Made by a program: the position numbers and the translations under genes
In this document: positions 16,646 through 24,032 of the stretch, in pieces
Numbering within the stretch: the stretch's first letter is position 1
Layout: the number at the start of each line of letters is the position of its first letter
Sequence record: DRR723986_1300
DNA: 36,535 bases
Reading direction: 5' to 3' (one strand)
Notes under the pieces: model-generated
Seen by the model: only the letters and a program-made list of their open reading frames with translations
Told to the model about the DNA's origin: nothing
The model's database searches: none

Positions 16646-17908
16646 ATGACCACCACCATTGCCACTGACGTCGACGATTCCCCTGAGCGGATGAAGGCCA
16701 AGGCCAGCGCCCAGAAGCAGCGGCCCGGTTTTGCCATCGACCCCTATTTTTACCGCTCGCACGTCACCTTCGAAAAGGAACTGGACACCATCCTGTTCCG
16801 CAGCTGGCTGTATGCTGGCCACGTGAGCCAGATACCCGAGCCCGGTGATTTCCTGCAGTACGAGCTCGGCGAGGACGCGATCATCATCAGTCGCGACCTT
16901 GAGGGCGACGTGCAGGCCCAGTTCAACATCTGCCGTCATCGCGGCGCCCGGGTCTGTGAGCAGGCCCAGGGCAATACGCGGACCTTCGTCTGCCCGTATC
17001 ACGGCTGGGTCTATAACCTGGACGGCAGTCTGCGAGCGGCGCGGGAGATGGAAGTCCTGGAGGGTTTCGACCCGTCGGCCTACGGCTTGAAGAAGCCGCA
17101 GCTGGTGGTGTTCCATGGGCTGATTTTTGTTAACTGCGATCCGCAGGCGGCACCCTTCGAGCCGGACCTCGCCCTGATCGAACCGGCGCTGGCGGGTTAT
17201 GACCTGGCGCATGCGAAAGTGATCGACAGCCGCACCTACCGGGTAGGCGCCAACTGGAAGCTGGCCCTGGAAAACTACCTTGAGTGCTACCACTGCGCCA
17301 CCGCGCACCGAGCCTACGCCAAGATGCATACCCTCAAGGAACCCTATTGCCAGGTCGAGGGGATCAACGAGGCGATGCTGGCCCGGGCGGAGCAGCAGAC
17401 CGGGGTGTCGGGGCTTACCACCGATCTCTACCAGGTGTATGGCTATGCACCGCACCACGGAGGCGGCACCTACACCAGTCGCTATGCCCTGTACGACGGG
17501 TTCGTGACCGGCAGCGAGGATGGCCAGCCGGTGGCGCCGCTGATGGGTGACTACACGGGCTACGACGGCGGCGCCGGTGATTTCCAGTTCGGTCCGCTGA
17601 CCTTCATGCTCAATTACCCGGACCACTGCGTGCTGTACCGATTTACCCCGCGCGCGCTCAATCACACGGATATGGAGATCGTCTGGTACGTGCGCGGCGA
17701 TGCGGTGGAAGGGGTTGATTACGATGTGGACAAGATCACCTGGCTCTGGCATCGCACCACGCTCGAAGACGAGTTCATCATCACCCGCAACAGCGCGGGG
17801 GTGAATTCGCGCTTCTTTGAACCAGGCCCTTACCACCCGGAGCACGAGAAGAACAGCATCGACTTCGTGGACTGGTATCTCGACTGCCTGATCGATGAGG
17901 ATCTATGA
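16646..17908 (+). CDS. Rieske non-heme iron oxygenase alpha subunit (GbcA/Stc2/choline monooxygenase-like)
   Basis: CRHRG...CPYHGW Rieske ligands; NWKLALENYLECYHCATAH mononuclear Fe site. Confidence 0.9.
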   Translation: MTTTIATDVDDSPERMKAKASAQKQRPGFAIDPYFYRSHVTFEKELDTILFRSWLYAGHVSQIPEPGDFLQYELGEDAIIISRDLEGDVQAQFNICRHRGARVCEQAQGNTRTFVCPYHGWVYNLDGSLRAAREMEVLEGFDPSAYGLKKPQLVVFHGLIFVNCDPQAAPFEPDLALIEPALAGYDLAHAKVIDSRTYRVGANWKLALENYLECYHCATAHRAYAKMHTLKEPYCQVEGINEAMLARAEQQTGVSGLTTDLYQVYGYAPHHGGGTYTSRYALYDGFVTGSEDGQPVAPLMGDYTGYDGGAGDFQFGPLTFMLNYPDHCVLYRFTPRALNHTDMEIVWYVRGDAVEGVDYDVDKITWLWHRTTLEDEFIITRNSAGVNSRFFEPGPYHPEHEKNSIDFVDWYLDCLIDEDL

Positions 17909-19194
17909 CGCATCCCGCTGATGTGCAGCCGCATACCGGTTCCTATTATGCGGCAACGCTAAACGACGACACCCGCTACCCACCGCTGGCGGGAGAGACG
18001 CGCGCGGACGTCTGCGTTATCGGCGGTGGATTTTCCGGGGTTGCAACCGCACTGACGCTGGCCGAGCGCGGGTACTCGGTGGTTCTGCTGGAGCAGCACC
18101 GGATTGGCTGGGGTGCCTCCGGGCGCAACGGCGGCCAGCTCATTGGCGGGGTGTCAGGCGCTGACAAACTGGTAGCCGAACACGGACCGGCCGTAGCCGA
18201 CATGGTCTGGGATATAGGCTATCGCGGCCATGCCATCATCGAGCAGCGTATTGAACAGTATGCGATCGACTGCGACTTCAAACACGGTTATATCGACGTC
18301 GCGATCAAACCCCGGCATATGCGCGATTTTGAGGCGCACTTCGAAGAACTGCAGCGACGCGGCTTCGGCGCCGACGCCCGACTGGTGCCGCGCGAGGAAA
18401 TCGGGAGTGTGCTGGGCACGCAGGCCTACATTGGTGGCCTGATCAATAATCGCAACGGCCACTTGCACCCGCTCAACCTCTGCGCCGGCGAAGCCCGCGC
18501 AGCAGCGAGTCTCGGCGCCCGCCTGCACGAGGGCAGCCCGGTCACCGGGATTGTTCACGGCAGCAAGCCGGTGGTACAAACCGCTACCGGGCAGGTAGTC
18601 GCCGAGTCCGTGGTACTGACCGGCAACGCTTACAATCGGCTCGAGCGCCAGCGCCTGCCGGGCCAGGTGTTTCCCGCCGGCAGTTTCATCATCGCCACCG
18701 AACCGCTGAGCGAGGCGGAAGCAGCGCAGATCAACCCGCTGGACCTCGCCGTCTGCGACCCGAACTTCGTGCTCGATTATTTCCGGCTCAGTGCCGACCG
18801 GCGCATGCTGTTCGGCGGCCGCTGCAACTATTCCGGCCGCGAGCCCCGCAGCATCAAGGCCGACATCCTGCCGCGCATGCTGAAACTCTACCCCGGCCTT
18901 CGCGGCAAGCAGATCGACTACGAGTGGGGTGGCAACATCGGCATCGTGGTTAACCGGGTGCCACTGTTCGGGCGCATCGCCCCCAACGTCTTTCACGCCA
19001 CCGGCTATTCCGGGCACGGCGTCAATGTGACCCATGCCGCCGGCGAGATCATGGCCGACGCGATCGCGGGCACCATGGAGCGGCTCGATATTTTTGAGCG
19101 CATCAGCCACAGCAAAATTCCCTTCGGCCAGACCTTCGGCAACCAGATCTTGGCCCTTGGCATGTTGTATTACCGGCTCAGGGATCTTCTCTGA
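17905..19194 (+). CDS. FAD-dependent amine oxidoreductase (PuuB/DadA-like)
   Basis: SYYAAT, DVCVIGGGFSG, GASGRNGGQ, HLHPLNL, DYFRLSADRRMLFGG, GYSGHGV; ATGA overlap. Confidence 0.88.
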   Translation: MTHPADVQPHTGSYYAATLNDDTRYPPLAGETRADVCVIGGGFSGVATALTLAERGYSVVLLEQHRIGWGASGRNGGQLIGGVSGADKLVAEHGPAVADMVWDIGYRGHAIIEQRIEQYAIDCDFKHGYIDVAIKPRHMRDFEAHFEELQRRGFGADARLVPREEIGSVLGTQAYIGGLINNRNGHLHPLNLCAGEARAAASLGARLHEGSPVTGIVHGSKPVVQTATGQVVAESVVLTGNAYNRLERQRLPGQVFPAGSFIIATEPLSEAEAAQINPLDLAVCDPNFVLDYFRLSADRRMLFGGRCNYSGREPRSIKADILPRMLKLYPGLRGKQIDYEWGGNIGIVVNRVPLFGRIAPNVFHATGYSGHGVNVTHAAGEIMADAIAGTMERLDIFERISHSKIPFGQTFGNQILALGMLYYRLRDLL

Positions 19195-19259
19195 GTTCGG
19201 CTCTAATCCCATCGTGTCGGGGGCGGCAATTCCTTGCCCCAGGCCGCAGGAGACAGGTG

Positions 19260-20456
19260 ATGACACAGGCAACGCAGAACCAGGACAGTCGCGATTACCA
19301 CGTGCTCGATCGGGCGGAGCCCGCGCTGCCCAGCGCCTGGTATTACGATCCTGAGCATTACCGGCGCGAGCTGGCAGCGGTCTGGAACCGGCACTGGGTG
19401 TACGGCTGTCACAGCAGCGCGCTGACCGAGGTCGGCAGTTACCAGACCCTGTCGATTGGCGACCAGAATGTCTGGGTTGTGCGCACCGAGGGCGGCGGGG
19501 TCGCTGGCTATCACAACACCTGCCGTCACCGCGGCTCGATCCTGTTGACCGAGCCGCAGGGCAAGCTGGCGACGGGCTCGGTGTCCTGCCCCTACCACCG
19601 CTGGCGCTATGACATCGGTGATGGCAGCCTCATCGCCATCTCCTCCTATGACGAACCGGCGGGTTTCGAGCGCTGCGAGCACAGCCTGTTCCCGGTTGCC
19701 GTACACCAGTGGCGCGGCCTGATTTTCGTCAACATCGATCCGGCAGCGCAGTGGGATGCGGACGCGGTGTTTGACCCGCTCTGGCAGGACATCAATGCCC
19801 TGCCGATCGAAGACTGGGTCCTGGGTCGCCAGTGGAGCAAGACCCTGGCCTGTAACTGGAAAACCTTCTGGGATAACTACGGGGAGTGCCTGCATTGCCC
19901 CGGCGTGCACCGTGACCTGTCGCGGCTGGTGCCCATTTTCAAGCGCGGTCTGCTCGGTCCGCAGGACCTGCCGGACTGGCAGCAGCATGTCGACAACCCC
20001 GATCCATCGTTTCGCGGCGGACTGCGTGAGGGGGCGGAAACCTTCTCCATGGATGGCAGCGCCCAGGGCTATGCCAATACCGAGGGTCTGTCGGAGGCTG
20101 CTCGGCGACGCGGCGTGACCTATGCGACGGCGTTTCCCTCGGTGTACATCGGCGCGCACGCGGATCATGCGCGGATCGTGCACATCCGCCCGCTGGGACC
20201 CGAGCTGACCGAGATGTCGGTGGACTGGTTGTTCCAGCCGGCGGCGCTGGCGGACCCGGATTACGACATCGACAACGTCACCGACTTTATCAAGCAGGTG
20301 CTGGAAGAGGACGGCCAGGTCTGCGAGCTCAACCAGCGCGGCCTGCATGCGGCGCCGATGGAGCGCGGCGTGCTGATGCCTGAAGAATATGAACTGAAAG
20401 GCTTCAGGGACTGGCTATTGGCCACCCTGCAACAAGCCGACAACACAACGGATTAA
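19260..20456 (+). CDS. Second Rieske oxygenase alpha subunit (quaternary/methylated-amine oxygenase group)
   Basis: CRHRG...CPYHRW; NWKTFWDNYGECLHCPGVH; ED..VCELNQRGL; AGGAG SD at 19248-19252 (start ATG 19260 or GTG 19257). Confidence 0.9.
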   Translation: MTQATQNQDSRDYHVLDRAEPALPSAWYYDPEHYRRELAAVWNRHWVYGCHSSALTEVGSYQTLSIGDQNVWVVRTEGGGVAGYHNTCRHRGSILLTEPQGKLATGSVSCPYHRWRYDIGDGSLIAISSYDEPAGFERCEHSLFPVAVHQWRGLIFVNIDPAAQWDADAVFDPLWQDINALPIEDWVLGRQWSKTLACNWKTFWDNYGECLHCPGVHRDLSRLVPIFKRGLLGPQDLPDWQQHVDNPDPSFRGGLREGAETFSMDGSAQGYANTEGLSEAARRRGVTYATAFPSVYIGAHADHARIVHIRPLGPELTEMSVDWLFQPAALADPDYDIDNVTDFIKQVLEEDGQVCELNQRGLHAAPMERGVLMPEEYELKGFRDWLLATLQQADNTTD

Positions 20457-20461
20457 TAGCT

Positions 20462-21838
20462 ATGACGATTCTCAAACTGGATACGGAAGCCATCAAGCGC
20501 AAGGACCAGGCGCACTTTCTCCACCCCTGGCAGGAATTCGACAGCTTCGAGGAAGACGGCGCGCTGGTCATTGCCCGCGCCCAGGGTGCTCATGTTTATG
20601 ACAGTGACGGCAAGCGCTACCTCGACGGTATCGGCGGCATGTGGTGTGTCAATGTCGGCTACGGCCGCAAGGAAATCGCAGCGGTCATGGCGGAGCAGGC
20701 GGAACGGCTGCCTTACTACTCGACCTTCACCGACACGACCAATGTGCCGGCGGTGCAACTCGCCACCAAGCTGGCGTCCCTGGCACCGGGCTCGATCAAC
20801 CACGTGATGTATTCCTGCAGCGGGTCGGCGGCGGTCGATTCCGCAATCCGCCTGGTGCACTACTATTTCGGCCGTCGCGGACAGCCGGAGAAGAAGCACA
20901 TCATTGCGCGCAACTCCGGCTACCATGGCAGCACCTACCTCGGGATTTCCCTGACCTCCCGGCCCAGTGGTTACACGGACTACTTCCACTACATCAACGA
21001 CTTCATTCACCATATCCGCGCCCCGAACCCCTACCGGCGCCCGGATGGGATGTCGCTGGAGGCGTTTACCGATTCGCTGCTGGCGGAGTTCGAGGACAAG
21101 GTCGCCGCCATCGGCGCGGACAAGGTTGCCGCATTTATCGCTGAACCGATCCAGGGCTCCGGCGGGGTGATCGTGCCGCCGCCGGGTTACCTGCAGCGCA
21201 TTCGCAAGCGCTGCAGTGAGCTGGACATCCTGTTCATTGCCGACGAAGTGGTTACCGCCTTTGGCCGGGTGGGGCATATGTTCGCCTCCGTGGATGAGTT
21301 TGGCATCCAGCCCGACATCATCACCGTGGCCAAGGGCCTGACCTCGGGGTATATCCCGCTGGGGGCGACCCTGTTCTCGGAAGAGATATTCGATGTCATT
21401 AGCGCTACCGGTGAGGAGGCCTGCTTCGAGCACGGCTTTACCTACTCAGGACACCCGGTTGCCTGCGCGGTGGCGCTGAAGAATATCGAGATCATCGAGC
21501 GCGAGCAGATCTGCGAACATGTGCGTGAGACCGGCGAGTATTTCGAGCAGCAGCTCAAGACCCTGCTGGACCTGCCCCACGTGGGCGATGTGCGCGGTCG
21601 GCGCTTCATGATGTGCGTGGAATACGTGGCCGACAAGGAGACCCGGGAACTGCTGCCGGATGAGTTCAACGTGTCCAAGCGTATTGCCGATGCCTGCGAG
21701 GCCCACGGGGTGTTGGTGCGGCCGATAGGCCATCTCAATATCCTCTCGCCCCCGCTGACCCTGACCCGCGAGGAAATCGATACCCTGGTGCGAGTTTTAC
21801 GGGAAAGCGTACTTGAGGTGGAGTCGCTGCTAAACTGA
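20462..21838 (+). CDS. Class III omega-amine aminotransferase (SpuC/BioA-like)
   Basis: HFLHP, YLDGIGGMWCVNVGYGR, YHGST, EPIQGSGGV, DEVVTAFGR, AKGLTSGYIPLG, HGFTYSGHP. Confidence 0.92.
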   Translation: MTILKLDTEAIKRKDQAHFLHPWQEFDSFEEDGALVIARAQGAHVYDSDGKRYLDGIGGMWCVNVGYGRKEIAAVMAEQAERLPYYSTFTDTTNVPAVQLATKLASLAPGSINHVMYSCSGSAAVDSAIRLVHYYFGRRGQPEKKHIIARNSGYHGSTYLGISLTSRPSGYTDYFHYINDFIHHIRAPNPYRRPDGMSLEAFTDSLLAEFEDKVAAIGADKVAAFIAEPIQGSGGVIVPPPGYLQRIRKRCSELDILFIADEVVTAFGRVGHMFASVDEFGIQPDIITVAKGLTSGYIPLGATLFSEEIFDVISATGEEACFEHGFTYSGHPVACAVALKNIEIIEREQICEHVRETGEYFEQQLKTLLDLPHVGDVRGRRFMMCVEYVADKETRELLPDEFNVSKRIADACEAHGVLVRPIGHLNILSPPLTLTREEIDTLVRVLRESVLEVESLLN

Positions 21839-21940
21839 CGCTTACTCCCGCTGCCGGGGCGGGCCGGTTAGCACCGGCCGGCTGTCGGTGAGCGATCCTA
21901 TTTCACTGCAAACAGGGGAACCGCGGTGACCGAAGGAACC

Positions 21941-23212
21941 ATGTCGCTCCACCATGAAAAGACCGTCTTCGACGGTTGGCGCTCCCTGTCCCTGTCTCTG
22001 TATATGACCCTGATCGGCTACGGCCTGCTGGTTGGCATCCCGGTTATCAGCACGGCCTGGGTGACGCTGCTGGGTTTCTCCGAAGTGGAAGTGGGTCGGG
22101 TGGCTGGCGCTGACCTTGGGGGCCTGTCATTGGGAGCCGTGGTGACCGCACTGCTGATTGCGCGGGTAAACCGGCGCCTGCTGGTGTTGGCATCGGTTGT
22201 CATCGCCGTCGGGGCCAATGCCCTGTGTATGGTGATGGTGGATTACGAGCAGGTGCTCTGGCTGCGCCTGCTGGCGGGTTTTGGCAGCGGTATCTATACC
22301 GCGGTGGCGGTGGCGACGCTTGGCGCCAGCAGTAAGCCCGCCCGCGCCTACAATATGATGTTGTTTGCCTTCGCTTTCTCCCAGGCCCTGGAGCTGCACT
22401 TCCTCCCGCAGTTGACGATGAATGGCATCTACCTGGTGTTTATCTGCTGCTACCTCGTCAGCCTGCCGTTTCTGGCCTGGCTGCCGCCGCGTCCGGTAGA
22501 AAAAGCGCTGGACGTCGAACTGGATGTGGAGGAGCAGGGCGGCGCACATCATATTGAGCACGTGCATATTCCCGCCCATGTGCCCTGGCTCTGCCTGGGC
22601 GCAATTACGTTCACCTATATCAACATCGGCGCTTACTGGACCTATATCGAGCTGGCGAGCGCGGGTTCTCCAGCCGATCCTGACTGGGTGGGCTCGGTAC
22701 TGGTCTGGGCGTCCTTTATGAGCCTCGTCGGTTGCCTCGTGGCCACGATCATCAGCAACCGCTGGGGCCTGGCCCGACCGCTGCTGGTGACCCTGGTCGC
22801 GCATGCAAGTGTGGTGGGCATGCTGGCGCTGGGCATTACCAATACCAGCATTTTTATCAGCGTATTTATGTTCAATTTCCTGTGGATCTTTATCGACGTG
22901 TACCAGATGTCGACCATTGCCACCGTGGATCATTCCGGCCGCTTTGCTTCGCTGATGCCGGCGGCTCAGGGCTTGGGCCAGATTATCGGCCCGAACGTCG
23001 CTGCGGGTATCCTCGCAGCCGGGCTGGGCTATAACGCCGTGTTTATCATGTGCGCGCTGGCATCGCTCACCGGGATGCTGATCTACTTCTGGATGTACAT
23101 CCGCCTCAGCCGGGCGATACCCGACCTGGCCCATGCCTCTGCCGCCGCGCACGGGGCGGCGGCAATTTCAGGCGGTACCCCGGTGCTGGACCGCCCGGTC
23201 GAAGTATCCTGA
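21941..23212 (+). CDS. Major facilitator superfamily transporter
   Basis: About 12 hydrophobic segments, LRLLAGFGSG motif; start ATG 21941 (AAGGA SD) or GTG 21926. Confidence 0.85.
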   Translation: MSLHHEKTVFDGWRSLSLSLYMTLIGYGLLVGIPVISTAWVTLLGFSEVEVGRVAGADLGGLSLGAVVTALLIARVNRRLLVLASVVIAVGANALCMVMVDYEQVLWLRLLAGFGSGIYTAVAVATLGASSKPARAYNMMLFAFAFSQALELHFLPQLTMNGIYLVFICCYLVSLPFLAWLPPRPVEKALDVELDVEEQGGAHHIEHVHIPAHVPWLCLGAITFTYINIGAYWTYIELASAGSPADPDWVGSVLVWASFMSLVGCLVATIISNRWGLARPLLVTLVAHASVVGMLALGITNTSIFISVFMFNFLWIFIDVYQMSTIATVDHSGRFASLMPAAQGLGQIIGPNVAAGILAAGLGYNAVFIMCALASLTGMLIYFWMYIRLSRAIPDLAHASAAAHGAAAISGGTPVLDRPVEVS

Positions 23213-23563
23213 TTGCATGGCGGCGTCTGGCTGGCGCCGTCTGCGACGGGAAACACTGGCCCATAGCCCTATCCGGGGACCGCTTTCAGGGCCCTCGGCA
23301 TAGGCCGGCAATGCTGCTGCTGGCAGCGTTGCGACAAGCAAGGTGACGCGCAGGGTAATGATCTTCTCCCGTCAGGCGATGGGTACTTGCTATTGCAGAC
23401 CAGCGCGGCTAGATACAGTGCGACCATCATGGGCTGTTGGCTGGAGTATCCTGTTCATTGTTCGTCGTGATTCCCTTGCGCCAGCGTGAAACCGCGGCCT
23501 CTCCCAGCGCGTAAGCTGCCTGCAACCTGCGTTCGCAGGCGTTGACGATAATGGGAGAACAAC

Positions 23564-23998
23564 GTGAACCTTACCAACCTGACCTTGACCCTGTTTGCCT
23601 GCTTTGCGATCGGGTTTCCCCTGTGGGCGATGCAGACCAATGATTACGATGGGCGCGACAACCACGGCTGCTCCGGCGAATGCTATGAGAACTGGAAGGC
23701 GGAAACCGGTGGTGTGGTGGCCCTGGCCTCGGCGGCCGCTGCGGCGCGGGCTGAAGCCTCACCCGAGGAACTGGGCAAGCAAGCGTATGCCGGCTGCGTT
23801 GCCTGTCATGGCGCTGGCGGTGAAGGGGGCGTTGGGCCGCAGCTGGCCGGTCAGGCAGTGGCGACTATCGCCGACAAGCTGGGCCGCTACAAGGCAGGTG
23901 AGACGCTCGGTACCCAGAGCCCGTTGATGTGGAGCCAGGCAGCGCAGTTGAGCGATGCCGACATCGATAATCTGGCGGCTTATATCGGAACCTTGTAA
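23564..23998 (+). CDS. Monoheme c-type cytochrome (c553/c4-like) with N-terminal extension
   Basis: N-terminal hydrophobic segment, CVACH heme motif, GPQLAGQ, distal Met (LMWSQA), LSDADIDNLAAYI; GGGAGA SD. Confidence 0.9.
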   Translation: MNLTNLTLTLFACFAIGFPLWAMQTNDYDGRDNHGCSGECYENWKAETGGVVALASAAAAARAEASPEELGKQAYAGCVACHGAGGEGGVGPQLAGQAVATIADKLGRYKAGETLGTQSPLMWSQAAQLSDADIDNLAAYIGTL

Positions 23999-24005
23999 TG
24001 CGGTG

Positions 24006-24030
24006 CGGGGGCGGCAAGCGCCCCCGGTTT
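24006..24030 (+). terminator. GC hairpin between convergent genes (likely intrinsic terminator)
   Basis: CGGGGGCG-gcaag-CGCCCCCG, perfect 8-bp stem followed by a short GTTT tract. Confidence 0.55.
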
Positions 24031-24032
24031 CG

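Noticed and set aside
15263-17845. 860-aa antisense ORF, and similar long shadow ORFs such as 659-1900, 8740-10104, 11318-12502, 18154-19272 and 34694-35722
   Set aside because: They lie opposite well-supported genes, have no recognisable motifs, and are expected from GC-rich codon bias.
21862-21879. GGCCGGT-tagc-ACCGGCC hairpin as a terminator
   Set aside because: No U-tract and it lies within a same-strand gene run; it may only be a stability element.
23375-23400. GGCGATGG resembling the start of a fluoride riboswitch
   Set aside because: The rest of the consensus and pseudoknot are not evident, and there is no crcB/eriC-type gene downstream.
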